64,000 nucleotides of DNA from Octopus vulgaris (GCA_951406725.2 OX597823.1:3100001-3164000); one strand, 5' to 3'. Positions 1 to 13,513 are shown, numbered from the stretch's first letter. The notes: generated by a model not told the origin, from the sequence alone. Program-made: numbers and translations.

Positions 1-3000
1 GTGTCTGCTGGCATGGAGAGGAAGGTGCAGGCTGCCGTTTTGCACATCAAAGACCCTGCCACATAAACACGAAACAGGTCAGAAACCAACTACCAAAAGG
101 AAAACGGAATGGGCCACGCACCACCTGCCCCAAAACGGAGGTACGCAGATGTGGTGCGTGCTACAAACCGCCAACATGTTATTGAAATGGCAGCTGCTGA
201 ACAAGAATCTTTTTTGTGCATGGCACAAAAGATTGTACAGCAGCTAACCTGGCTCCATCAAACTCAAACTCGCAGATGGGACTATCCACAATACACAAGA
301 CCGCCACAGCAAATAGACCCAAGGTGGACACCGCCGGCAACAGCATACACATCACCTCGATGCTCCTACTGAACATCAGAGGACTGCTAACACTCAGTAA
401 TAGGACAAAATCCCGTTCTTGAGAGACTTTGTTGCATGCAATCAAGCCTTATGCATAGCACTTACGGAAACACACCTGAAACCAGACATAGCAGATGCGG
501 AAATACACATACCACAGTATGTTGTACTACGGACCGACAGAAAAGAAAGGAGTCATGGAGGAGTTGCTATGTACATCCTCAGGACCTCACACCCCAGGTC
601 CTTTTGTCATACTCAAATTCGGTGTGTGACACACTAATTGTACATATAAGGCAACTTGGTGTAGTTATATGTGCTACATATCGCCCTCCAGATGCCCCAA
701 GCCATGTAGGCAAGTTTGAAGACTGCCTTATAAAAATAGAAGTTCTAGTCACATTAGAACAACACATAAGTGTACTTCTTATGGGAGACTTCAATCTACC
801 CAATGTCAGATGGCCCGAGGGCCTTTCTCTCCCAGGAATGACACGATGTGAACGAGGACAGGCGAGGTCCCTCCTGAACCTCATCAACACTCTGTACATG
901 GAGCAAGTAATACTCCAACCAACCAGGGCAGGTAACATACTGGATCTCTGCTTCACAAATAATATGGATCTCATCCATAATGTGAAAGTGACACCGACAC
1001 TACTCTCGGATCACAACATGGTAGAGCTGACCATGTACGGGCCAAAGGAAAGCATGGACATGCAGCCTACAAGAAACTCTCAGAATCTTTCCAGCTTGAA
1101 CTTCCATAAGGCAAACTGGAAACAAATTGAGAAAGAGATCCTCAAACAAAACTGGCCTGAATGTCTCTCCTCACCAGACATCGACATGAAACTTCAACAA
1201 TTCATGTCTGTAATGCAAGCCATATGCTACAAATGTGTCCCAGAGAGAAAGGCCACTGTACACAAGAGCAAAATCCCCAGAGAGAGGAAAATTCTAATGA
1301 GACGGCGTACAAAAGTTTCAAATCGCCTAAACAAACAAATTGAAAGCAGTGAAAAGTCCCGCCTGAAAATAAAACTGTTGGAAATTGAAAAATGTCTGCA
1401 ACTCTCCCATGAAAAAGAAAGAGCAGACAAAGAAGCCTGGGCTATAGACAACATAAAATCTAACCCCAGAGCTTTCTACAGGTATGCCAAAGAAACAGCT
1501 ACGGTGCACTGTAGGATAGGGCCACTCCTTGAAAAGGATGGCACACTCACAGGAAATCCAATGAGGGTAAGTGAAATACTAAATGAGCAATTCAAGAGTA
1601 TTTTCACTCCACCCCTAGGGCATTTTCAAGTCAGCAATCCAACTGACTTCTTTACCACTGCAGATATAAAATCAGAGGCAGCGATGATTGATTACATCAA
1701 TATAAAGGAAGACGATGTAATAAAGGCTATTGATGAAATGAAAACAAACTCAGCTACTGGCCCCGATGGATTCCCAGCAATCCTTCTAAAAGTATGTAAG
1801 AGAGTCCTAGCAAGACCACTGCAGTTCCTCTTTCAGAGCTTCCTTGCAACTGGCAAACTTCCAAGAAAACTGAAGGAAGGTAAAATATGCCCTATTCATA
1901 AAGGAGGTAGCAGAGCGGAGGCCAAGAACTACAGACCTATCTCTCTGACCTCACACATCAGCAAGGTCATGGAACGAATAGTCAGAAGGAAACTAATCAC
2001 CTTCCTTGAAGAAAATGACTTGCTGCCTGACACCCAACATGGTTTCCGACCAGGAAGAAGCTGCTTAACTCAGCTCCTACAACACTATGACTGGGTGCTG
2101 AAACGACTGCTCAACCACTCAAATGTGGAAGTCATATATCTCGACTTTGCAAAGGCCTTTGATAAAGTCGATCATGGAATGATATGTCACAAACTGCGTG
2201 ATCTTGGCATAGTTGGAAAATTGGGAGAATGGCTTCATGACTTTCTGAAGGATAGAAGTCAGGTGGTAGTAGCCAATGGGGCCACTTCCATTAACACGCA
2301 AATAGTGAGCGGTGTTCCGCAAGGCACTGTTCTGGGACCACTACTGTTCATAATGGCCCTCTCAGACATGCCCTCAGCCACGCAGAGAGCCACGATCACA
2401 AGTTATGCAGATGATACAAAAGTTTCACAGGCAATACAGAACCCTGAGGACACTAAACACCTGCAATGTGAGCTGACAAAATATACAAGTGGGCTGAAAA
2501 GAATAGCATGCAGTTCAATGCTGAAAAGTTTCAAGCTTTATACTATCAGCATGCAAAACTAAATGCAATACCCAATAAATACACTGGACCTGGAGGGATT
2601 GCAATCCCAGAGGCACAATCAGTGCGAGACCTGGGTATTTACATGAGTGATGATGCAACCTTTCATGTGCATGTTGCTAATGAAATGTAGGCGGCTGACC
2701 GGATGGATTCTTAGAACCTTTAGAACAAGAGACCAGGAAACCATGATGGTCCTCTGGAGGACACTTGTCCTAAGCCACTTTGACTATTGCTCTCAGCTAT
2801 GGTCACCATCCAGTGTCAAGTTAATCACAGAATTGAGGCGATCCAACGAGCTACACGAAGAAGATAGCCTCTGTGCAGATATAAGCTACTGGGAAAGACT
2901 CAAGAGATTAAAATTATATTCCTTAGAGCGTAGGCGAGAAAGATATGCCATAATATACATCTGGAAGATCCTGGAAGGACTTGTCCCAAACTTTGGCATC

Positions 3001-3280
3001 GAGAGTTACACAAATGCCAGAACTGGGCGCCACTGCATGGTGCCTAAGGACTCCAAATTTGCCATCAAGATGTAGGACAAGATACTGTGATAGCCTGGGC
3101 TTCCGAGGCCCACAGCTCTTCAATATCCTCCCGAAGAACCTGAGAGACCTGCATGGGGTGGATGCAGATGTCTTTAAAATGAAGCTGGATCTCTTCTGTC
3201 AGGTGTCCCAGATGAACCAACTTCACGGCAGGAGGTGCAGATGAGGGCAGCTGCATCGAACTCTCTCATGCACCAAATGT
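1..3280 (+). mobile_element. Non-LTR retrotransposon (LINE, CR1/L2-like group): ORF1 3' end plus APE-RT ORF2, running off the left window edge
   Basis: APE motifs LLNIRGL, ALTETHL, GGVAMY, YRPP, MGDFN, LDLCF, SDH; RT motifs YRPISLTS, QHGFR, YLDFAKAFDKVDH, SGVPQGTVLGPLLF, YADDTK; C-terminal YSLERRRERY and PDEP...RAAASNSL. Confidence 0.93.
360..3280 (+). pseudogene. LINE ORF2 (endonuclease-reverse transcriptase) split by several frameshifts
   Basis: Consecutive ORF-track pieces (216-422, 419-637, 436-2562, 2508-2690, 2647-3075, 2981-3244) each carry successive ORF2 motifs in different frames; the first Met of MLLLNIRGL is at 360. Confidence 0.85.
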
Positions 3281-3314
3281 ATATATGTAGCAACACCAAA
3301 TGTATATATACATA

Positions 3315-3645
<331 letters not shown>

Positions 3646-3734
3646 TATTCATAAGCTGAGTTTGAACGACCATCTTGCAAATATCAATCGAACCGACATT
3701 ATTGCATACATTAACTGTTTAGGTGTCGTCTACC

Positions 3735-3945
3735 TTTTACCTGTTTGAGTCATTAGACTGGGGCCATGCTGGGGCATCACCTTGAAGAATTTTTAGTCGA
3801 ACGAATCGAGCCCAATACTTAGTTATTTGAAGCCTAGTATTTATTCTATCGGAACTCTGTTGCCGAACCGCTAAGTTAACACACCAACACCGGAGGTCAA
3901 ACGGTAGTGGGGAACAAACAAATACACACACACACACACACACAC
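3735..3945 (-). mobile_element. SINE family A, 3' half
   Basis: Matches the family 3' body (gccatgctgg...ttattctatcgg...gccgaaccgctaag). Confidence 0.75.
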
Positions 3946-4105
3946 ATCTATATGGTGACCGGTAATTAAGTCACAATTTTGGCTAGGAAAAAGTCACAAT
4001 TAATTTATGGGATCCGGACAAGACCCCCTGAGACAACCCCACCCTCGGACAACCCCCTTCCCCGTACAAAACCTCATTAACTTTTTTACCTGGATCTATG
4101 CATAC

Positions 4106-4106
<1 letters not shown>

Positions 4107-4189
<83 letters not shown>
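4107..4189. repeat. (TA)n microsatellite
   Basis: Direct reading. Confidence 0.97.
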
Positions 4190-4192
<3 letters not shown>

Positions 4193-4477
4193 CACATATG
4201 AAAAGAAAGTAAAACTACAGCTTTCAAATTTCATATAATATTTGGAACTTAAATCCCTGATTCTGAAAGACCCGAAATTCTGAGAGTCGGAAATTCCTCC
4301 TGAAGACCCTCACCTTACGTTTATTTATTTACTGGATGCGGCAAAAGACCCTCTGCCAGTCTTTTCTGCCGAAATCTTGGTCCTTCGGGAAGTTAAGTAA
4401 ATGGTAACCATTATCTTCGTGTTTGGCGGGTTTTTGTTTCGGTTTTGTTTATTGTTTTTTAATATCCCCGAACAGTG

Positions 4478-4522
<45 letters not shown>

Positions 4523-5124
4523 ATTACATCTTCTTTCATATTTTCACGAATCATTTATGTTTATATATTTTTAAGTGTATGTATGTATATTTATGTATGT
4601 ATGTGTTTATGTGCAAATATATATATTTGTATATGTATGTGTGTATAAATCTGTGTGAGATGAAAAGAATTGAAGAAATAAAAAAAGTTTTAGCGAACAA
4701 ATAAATAAAACAAATCGCTTCTCATTTTTCTTTTTCTTGATTTCCTTTCTTCAGTTCCCATCGTGGTTTGAACCTGAGCTCACATGTGCAGGACATGTAT
4801 CTAAAGCGGCGAACTGGCAGAACCGTTAACAAGCAGGACAAAACCCTTTGTGACAGGTCTCATTTCAGCTCTTGATAGTTGGATTTCTAATCACGCTGAG
4901 GGGTCAACTTTGCTTCGGGGGCGATAAAGTAGCAGTCCTCTCCCCTCAAAAATCGTCGGCCTTCAACCCCGTTGCGCACCGGCGTCCCGTTCAGTGGGTG
5001 GGACTGGGGTGATCTCAGTCACCATGAATCATTGAAACAGGGCTACCCCCGACCTCAAAAGTTCCCCTCAAGGTTTGAGAAAAGTAATAAAAAAGGAAAA
5101 CGTTTCGGTTGTTGAAACGTTATC

Positions 5125-5500
5125 ATTTATTTGTTTCAGTCATTAGACTACGACCATGCTGGAGCAACACCTTGAAATATTTGGAGCGAATCGACCCCAG
5201 GACTTTCTTTTAAAACCTGGCATTTACTGTATCGGTCTCCTTTGGCGAAATCGCTAAGTTACAGGGACGGACGTAAACGCACACGGTTGTCAAGCGGTGG
5301 TGGGGGATAAACACAGCCACAAAGGCATCCACACACACCCACATATATATATATATACAAGGGGCTTCTTTCAGTTTCCATCTACCAAATCTACTCACAA
5401 GGCTATAGTAGAAGACACTTGCTCGAAATTCCACGCAGTGGGGTCGAACTCGGAACCATGGGATTGGGGAGCAAGTTTCTTACCACACAGCCACTCCTAC
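5125..5500 (-). mobile_element. SINE family A, diverged near-full copy
   Basis: Colinear with the 9541-9952 copy, from ttgtttcagtcatt to cacacagccactcct. Confidence 0.8.
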
Positions 5501-5929
5501 GTCTATCTTTTATGATTACCATTGAGTCTCCCCCAAATAACATCAATCTACTTTGGCTGTATTATTGGGAGGGGCGGTGTTTCAATGGTTTGGTGTTGAC
5601 CAAGAATGCCCGGTCGCCAAGAGAAAACGGCAGAACGACGTTGGGCGTTGAAGTTGTACAACATCAGTATTTCCATTTGTGGAATGTTTATCATTGTGAA
5701 TCGCCACAATTCAAACACGGCACGGAATGGTGTGCGGGTGTGCGTGTGCACGTGTACGTGTGCACGTGTGTGTGTGCGTGTAGATTCTGATTCGGTTCAA
5801 GACAAAACTCCGAAGACCATTTCCATTTTTCCAAGACATAATTAAAGACGCTGGGGGTGGGGGTGCCAAACACAATTCGAAACTCGGCCGAACTACTTTC
5901 ACAGACGCAATTGTCTTCACCCAAACACT

Positions 5930-6110
5930 TACACACTCAGTTCTCTCATACACATTTACATACACACACACACACATACTTGCACGCATTTACACCTACA
6001 TACACGTGGGCACAAATTACATGTAAACATATTTACACGTGTATACATACTTACACATATACATATACATACGCGTACACATTTTCACATATACATCTCA
6101 ACACAAACGT

Positions 6111-6161
<51 letters not shown>

Positions 6162-7070
6162 CATACACGCGCGCGTGCATATTAATAGACACTTGAATAC
6201 ACGTGCACAGATTTACACCCACGTTTTGCACAGACATCTCTTCGCAACCCCGCACACACGCACACACACACAACCACACACACGCAACCACACACACGCA
6301 CACACACGCACACGCACACACACACACAACCACACACACACGCAACCACACACACACGCGCGCATACATGCAAACACATTAATCTATATGTGACGTGTAC
6401 TTTTGCACAGATACATACACCACCACCATCACTCCACTCTCACCACCACCATCACTCCACTCCCACCCACCACCACCATCACTCCACTCCCACCACTACC
6501 ACTCCCACCACTACCACCACCACCACTCCCACCACCACCATCACTCCACTCCCACCACTACCACTAGCATTAAACACAGCCATCTAGTTACTTCGGAACG
6601 AGCCTTTTTAACGACCTTCACTGTAACAGTACATCTGACCTCCTTTCTCCTTTCTCTCCCCCCCCTCTCCTTCTATTCTCCTCTGCATCAACATCGCACC
6701 CCCTCCCACCTCCATCTCCCTCGTTACAGAACAGCTTCTGACCTGGTTTCTTTATTTCTCCTCCCCTTCCCCCCTCCTCCTCCTACTACTACTACTCTTA
6801 TTCCTCCTCCTCCTCCTACTCCCCCTTATACACTGACCTATATACAACTCTGCTTGTCTTCTTACTCTATCCTTCTTCTTCTTCTTCTTCTTCTTCTTTT
6901 TCTTCTTGCTGCTGCTTTTAATTGTTGTCGGTGCAGTTTTTGACGTTGTTGTTGCCATAGGTGATGGTCATGTTATTGTTGCTGTTACAGTTGCTGCTGC
7001 TGTTGTTGTTGTTGTTGTTGTTGTTGTTGATTGATATTGCTGCTGCAGATGGTGATGGTGATGGTGGCGG
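5930..7070. repeat. Low-complexity block: (CA)n-rich, (CAC)n/(CACTC)n, (CTT)n, (GTT)n
   Basis: Direct reading; explains the HT/CV/P/L-rich spurious ORFs. Confidence 0.92.
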
Positions 7071-8394
7071 CGATATCGCAACGGTTCCAGTGTTGGTGTT
7101 GGCGGGATCGTTCCTGGTCTCCAAGCGGTTCCACTTATATTCTTTGGCAATCCTTCGGTATCGGTAGACGACGCCATTCACCCACGCAACCTTCCCTTAA
7201 GACAGAGACAGAAAGGCTAAGATGAAAATGAATTGCCTCCCCACACCGACCCTATAGACCAATAGCGAAGGAACACCATATTCCTTGTTTTGAGTAAAAC
7301 TGTCACTAAAGATGTTCCTACCGTGACCATCTCGGTTATATTTATTTGGCTGTATGATCTGGGTCTGTATTATCCAGTGTGGTTTTACCCATTTTTAAGA
7401 CGGTGATAGGGAGGAGTGGAATTGGTTAAATTTAGCTGCTGTTTCTAGCAATTTGAGAGCCTATATAGAGGAGTCTTCCTTTTTTTGTGTGTGTTTGGTA
7501 TCCATGAAGGGTAATCTTAGAGAATAAAGTCGTAAATGATTAAGCGACCCCAAAACTGTTTCTTTGAATCTGTTATCTGCAGCGTCCGTCTTCCTTTTCC
7601 GTAAATTATTGCTTTTGACCCTTTTTTCTTCCGGATTTTTACATTTATCTTTGAAGAATCCTAATCTCAGGTACATAAAACAAATCTAAAAACAAAAATA
7701 TTATTAAAAGAAAGTAAAAACTGAATGGAGGCGATGTTACCACCCACCAAAGGATCATAAACGGGTTGCAGATTCGTAATCTACGCTTCTTAAAACATGC
7801 GGTTCCTATGAAACTCCGGATATTTCACGGCAGTTGATAATTTCCGACGCTTTTCTACAAGAATACTTGTTGTTGTTGTTGTTTAGCCCCCTCCCCCCCC
7901 CCCCCCGGGGCCAAAATTTATCAAATACATTTCACCTGCAGTCATCACGTCTTTTTTCTTCTTTTTTCTATAATTAACCAGAACAGCCCGGTGTTACTTG
8001 GCTTTCGTTTATTTTATTCATAAAACTATTTATTAACAAGCAAAGCAACGAGTTAGAACATCTCTCTGTAAGAGATGGAAGTTGTAAGTACTCTACTGAG
8101 AAATTAATGCTTGCCACCACTTCAACATGGCTGTTCCGTACCAACCGGAGTCACCTCTGGTTGTTGTTGTTGTTGGTGGTGGTGATGGTGGTTGTGGTGG
8201 TTGTGGTGGTGGTGGTGGGTATTGCATTTAGCCCCAGGTCAGCCGTAATCAAGCAGACCCTTGGCACGTAGCTAATCTGTTGAGGTCCGAGGTATTCTCC
8301 GCTGGAATCCTTCTTCCAGAAACTCAGTCTCTCACTTTGAAACTCCGACATTCCATCCTTTTATTGTATGCGATGCCACACTAACGACATTTCC

Positions 8395-9032
<638 letters not shown>

Positions 9033-9349
9033 TCCCACACCTTTCTGTAGGCTTCTAACAGTGACCAAAGCGGAGGCGACGGATGACACGGATTCAATCA
9101 AACACTGCGGTTCTACCCAAAAGGGGACCCTTTCCTACTTAAGTCCAGGACTGGGATAATAAACTAACAAACAAACAAACAAATCACTGCTTGCCGCCGC
9201 ATTCTATTTTCGTTTTCTGTGTTTTCTGAGTGATTATCTTGGTCGGGATTAAGCGGGGAAAGTGTTGTTACGACCATGTTTTATTAATGTTTATCTGTGG
9301 TTGTAACATGTCCGGACAAGAACTGTAAACAATGCAGCCTTCAACGGCA

Positions 9350-9460
9350 ACAACCGCCACCACCACCTCCACCACCTCCACCACCACCACCACCACCTCC
9401 ACCACCACCACCACCTCCACCACCACCACCTCCACCTCCACCTCCACCGCCGCCGCCGCC
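9350..9460. repeat. (CCA/CCT/CCG)n trinucleotide repeat
   Basis: Direct reading. Confidence 0.95.
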
Positions 9461-9540
9461 ATCTCGCTTCTCCAATCGGTATTTTATTATTCCAAGTATG
9501 TTTCTTTCATCCTGTTCTTACTCTGTGTTGGTCAGATGAC

Positions 9541-9753
9541 TTACTCTCTTTACTCTTTTACTTGTTTCAGTCATTTGACTGCGGCCATGCTGGAGCACCG
9601 CCTTTAGTCGAGTAAATCGACCCCGGGACTTATTTTTTGTAAGCCCAGTACTTATTCTATCGGTCTCTTTTGCCGAACCGCTAAGTGACGGGGACGTAAA
9701 CACAGCAGCATCGGTTGTCAAGCAATGCTAGGGGGACAAACACACACACACAC

Positions 9754-9791
<38 letters not shown>

Positions 9792-9952
9792 GACAGGCTT
9801 CTTTCAGTTTCCGTCTACCAAATCCACTCACAAGGCATTGGTCGGCCCGGGGCTATAGCAGAAGACACTTGCCCAAGATGCCACGCAGTGGGACTGAACC
9901 CGGAACCATGTGGTTGGTTAGCAAGCTACTTACCACACAGCCGCTCCTGCGC
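9541..9952 (-). mobile_element. Full-length SINE family A
   Basis: tRNA-like head with A/B boxes at about 9890-9952, internal (TA)/(CA) tract, and (GAGTAAAA)n-type tail at about 9541-9560. Confidence 0.9.
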
Positions 9953-10196
9953 CACTTGTGCTGTTTCATTTTCTATCTAGATTATTTGCTTGGAGTCCCA
10001 CACAGCATTGGGTTCATTAATTCCTGAAAAGTGTCACTACACCGTACAGGCCCCATGTACAGGACGCGCCTTTTTTCTTTTTTAATTCTTAAATCTAACA
10101 AAAAAATTTGCCAGGCATCAAATGTGACCGTATTATGGAGAGGACACCGAGTGTCTGATGAAACATTATTTTATTAAGTAGGGATATAAATTTGTT

Positions 10197-10558
10197 GTTG
10201 TATTTAGGAATGGTCATGTTGCCAGTTTAGCCAATAAAAACACACGCACTATATATTTGGTGTTAATTTGCTTCAGCTTTATTTATTTTTTACATTAATC
10301 TTAATCTTATTTCGGCCAAACAAATAAGAAAGAAGAAAGCAAAGGACCACTGATGAGGTCACAGGAGTGTGACGAAAGAACCCTGGACGAAATAAGATTA
10401 AGATTAATGTAATAAATGAATAAAACTGAAGCAAATTAACACCAAATGTATAGTGCGTGTGTTTTTATTGGCTAAACTGATAAAATGACCGTCCCTAAAT
10501 ACAACATCTGTATCAACACGATTTCACATCAAGAATCTTGCAAAACAAATATATAAAT
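10197..10558 (+). mobile_element. Penelope-like terminal fragment: ~120-bp inverted repeat enclosing a hammerhead motif, flanked by a 15-bp direct repeat
   Basis: Arms 10196-10318 and 10384-10506 are reverse complements; GGATATAAATTTGTT occurs at 10182-10196 and 10559-10573. Confidence 0.7.
10344..10388 (+). ncRNA. Degenerate minimal type I hammerhead ribozyme motif (class 1)
   Basis: CCA-CTGATGA-G-GTCACA-ggag-TGTGAC-GAAA-gaaccc-TGG; stems I and II pair; the cleavage triplet is decayed. Confidence 0.7.
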
Positions 10559-11184
10559 GGATATAAATTTGTTTTCTACAAAAAAAAATAATAATTGGGG
10601 GTTTGTATGTTTGCTTCACGACATGTGGTGTCTAATGAATGTTTTAAATGGTTTTGCGTCGTCTTACTTTCTGAATGACGATATTTCTAGATGGGCTGTG
10701 AATGTTGTAGACGTACGGCACTGACTTTGTGGTCCTCGTAGATCAAAAAAAGCATTCCAGCCATGACAATCGTGTTTACTGAGTTCTGTGAGTCACGTGA
10801 CAGGAAAGGTTTTTAAATGGTAAATTCCTTTGAATCAAGAAAGGGGATTAAGTCTAGGGATACTTTAGCCATTGTGTTCTTTATTTAAGATATTAAGGTG
10901 AAATATGAGGGAGATTTGACTATTATTTCTGGAAGGACTCGTGGAATATCAATGCTGCTGAGCGTGATTATTAGTTGCACCTGCTGTTCCGGGAATTACT
11001 GTTAAGATGGATTATCTGTATCTTATTTTTAGCCTCTTTTGTTTGGGGCCAGGTTTCCGGGTGGATTTCCGTAGCTTTGCAGATGTGTTTCTGGAGATAA
11101 TTGAAATGATATCATTGATTTCACCCACCGCGTGTTTTAAAATACTGTAGAATGAAGTTTCTCTTGTAAGAAGAAAAAAAATAT

Positions 11185-11412
11185 ATGGCGAACCAGTCTC
11201 GGTCTGGACGAAGCCAAAGGAAACTCTGGTGGAAGTTCGAAGCGCTTCTGACGTGCAAATCGATCGTCGGAACCGGGTGTAGGAGTGAAAGATCAATCGA
11301 GCTATCTTGAAACGGGTTCCCTCCGAAGTTCCCCTCGGGATAGCTAGCGCCAGCGGGAGAACAACACACAATTCCGTCCGGTAAAGAGAACGATTGGAGG
11401 CCCCGGGGACGT
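11185..11412 (+). pseudogene. Isolated, diverged 28S (LSU) rRNA fragment
   Basis: Colinear with the conserved eukaryotic LSU core ATGGTGAAC...CGAAGCCAGAGGAAACTCTGGTGG...CTGACGTGCAAATCG...GGTTCCCTCCGAAGTTTCCCTCAGGATAGCT...CCGGTAAAGCGAATGATTAGAGG; no flanking rDNA. Confidence 0.88.
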
Positions 11413-12008
11413 TGAAGGCTTCATTCGAAGTCAGAGCAGGCAAAACGGGCCGCTCCCCTCCTGAGACAAACCTACCTGCGATAGATCAACATTCAGTCGA
11501 AGACATTGGTGTCTGTCGTTCATTCATGGAACAAACGCCACCCCTGATCATATGAATCTTTGAAATGTAGAATAAAATATATTTTTCTGGACTTTTCTAT
11601 GCTGGTCTGTGTGATTATGGCTTTCTCTAGGGGATTCTTAGAATTTTATCCGGTTCCAAGTTTTGGGAATACCACAGTGCTCTTCATGTAATAATTCCTG
11701 CAAGACGAGGTTCTGGATTTTCCTTTTGTTTTTCTGGTGTCTGATGGAAAGGAACTGAGCCTGTCCTGTGTTTTGTATGCCTCTCTTTTCCCTGTAGTTC
11801 TCAGTAATTGAGCTCTTTCAATGCTCACGCCGACCTTTTCCCAAGTGTGGCTATTTGCTGTTCATATGTGCATCTGTTATTTTTACTTCTTGTAACGTGC
11901 ACCGTTGTGACATTTAATGTTATAGCATTTTACTCACTACATAAGTATGTTTGTAGTGATTATGAGCTGAGGACTGAAAAGTGTTAGGACAATATTCAGC
12001 ATGGGATT

Positions 12009-12603
12009 AAAGGCGGCGAGCTGGCAGAGGGGTTAGCACGCCGGGCGAAATGCTTAGCGGTATTTCGTCTGCCGTTGCGCTCTGAGTTCAAATTACGTCG
12101 AGGTCGACTTTGCCTTTCATCCTTTTGGGGTCGATTAAATAAGTACCAGTTACGCACTGGGGTCGATATAATCGACTTAATCCGTTTGTTTGTCCTCGGG
12201 TAGTAAAGAAATAGGTATTTCATCTGCCGAGGTCGACTTTGCCTTTCATTCTTTCGGAGTCGATTAAATAAATACCAGTTATACACTGGTTCGATCTAAT
12301 CGACTTAATCCCTTTCTCTGTCCTTGTTTGTCCCCTCTGTGTTTAGCCCTTTGTGGGCAATAAAGAAATAATATTCAGCAAGGGATTAAGGCGGCGAGCA
12401 GGCAGAAGCGTTAGAACGCCGGGCGAAATGGGTGGCCGTATTTCGTCTGCCGATACGTTCTGAGTTCAAATTCCGCCGAGGTCGACTTAGCCTTTCATCT
12501 TTTCGTGGTCGATAAATTAAGTACCAGTTGCGTACTGGGGTCGATCTAATCAAGTAGCCCCCTCCTCCAAAAGATTTCGGGCCTTGTGCCAAGAGTAGAA
12601 AAG
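12009..12603 (+). mobile_element. Two tandem copies of tRNA-derived SINE family B
   Basis: Both start AAGGCGGCGAGC(T/A)GGCAGA and contain GAGTTCAAAT (B box) and gtcgacttt/gcctttcatc; AATATT(C/T)AGCA(T/A)GGGATT occurs before, between and after them. Confidence 0.85.
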
Positions 12604-13068
12604 AATATTTAGCATGGGATTGTGGTATGGAGATGTGCGATGCGGACAGTAATATCTAGAGAGGAGATGTAGTTGGATTGGGAAAGTGCATGGATAGGAA
12701 AAGAAGTTTTAGCTGCAGAGCGATGGCGTTGTATGTATTGTTTTTGTATCAGGTTGTGGTGTAGACATTGAAATTGTTTCTCGTAGGGGGGGGGGGGGGG
12801 TGCTATGGTGGTGTGCAGTGATTGAAGTTGTCTGATCAACGGTCCTCCTCTCTGTGTGTGTGTGTTTCATATTGTTTTAGCGTTAAATGAGAATGCTTTC
12901 ACTTCTAGTGTGTGTGCGTGCGTGTGTAGTCACACACACAAAATACGGTTAAGCGTTAAATGAAGGAGCATCCAAGTAGGGGATCGAATGTATTTTTACA
13001 AGGAAAAGGTTGACAGTGACTTCGACATTTCAGCCTGTGCAGACTTCGCCTGACTGAGTAAAGATTCC

Positions 13069-13113
13069 ATAGTCTGAGGATGCTGGCACGCGGCGAAACT
13101 TCGCACTCACTGT
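13069..13113 (+). ncRNA. Degenerate minimal hammerhead motif (class 2), with a partial antisense copy at 13010-13031
   Basis: ATAGT-CTGAGGA-T-GCTG-gcacg-CGGC-GAAA-cttcgcac-TC-ACTGT; the antisense copy reads gaaatgtcgaagtcactgtcaa. Confidence 0.6.
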
Positions 13114-13199
13114 CAAACTCATATATATATATATAGGCAAGGAAAAATTATAACTTAACATGTTGAGTAGCTTGTTTATTATTAAATACGATACGAGTG

Positions 13200-13510
13200 C
13201 GGCTTTGCTGGAGCACCGCCTTTTAGTCGAAGAAAGCGACCCCAGGACTTATTCTCTTTAAGCTTGGTACTTATTCTATCGGTCGGTTTTGCCGGACCGC
13301 TAAATACGGGGACATAAATGAACCAACACCAGTTGTCAAGTGGTGATGGGAGAAGAAACGCAGACACACACACACATATTTGTGACGAGCTTCTTTCAGT
13401 TTCCGTCTATCAAATCCACTCACAAGGCTTTGGTCCGTCCGAATTTATAGTAGAAGACACTTACTCAAGGTGCCACGTAGTGGGACTGAACCCGAACCAC
13501 GTGGTTGGGA
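13200..13510 (-). mobile_element. SINE family A copy, followed by (GT)n at 13515-13586
   Basis: Colinear with 9541-9952. Confidence 0.8.
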
Positions 13511-13513
13511 AGA

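Noticed and set aside
5606-5700. MPGRQEKTAERRWALKLYNISISICG, reminiscent of a tetraspanin N-terminus
   Set aside because: No convincing splice donor or further exons; similarity too short.
9890-9952. tRNA-like sequences with A and B boxes
   Set aside because: SINE heads continuous with SINE bodies; no complete cloverleaf.
11012-11443. 143-aa minus-strand ORF
   Set aside because: Antisense reading of the 28S rRNA fragment.
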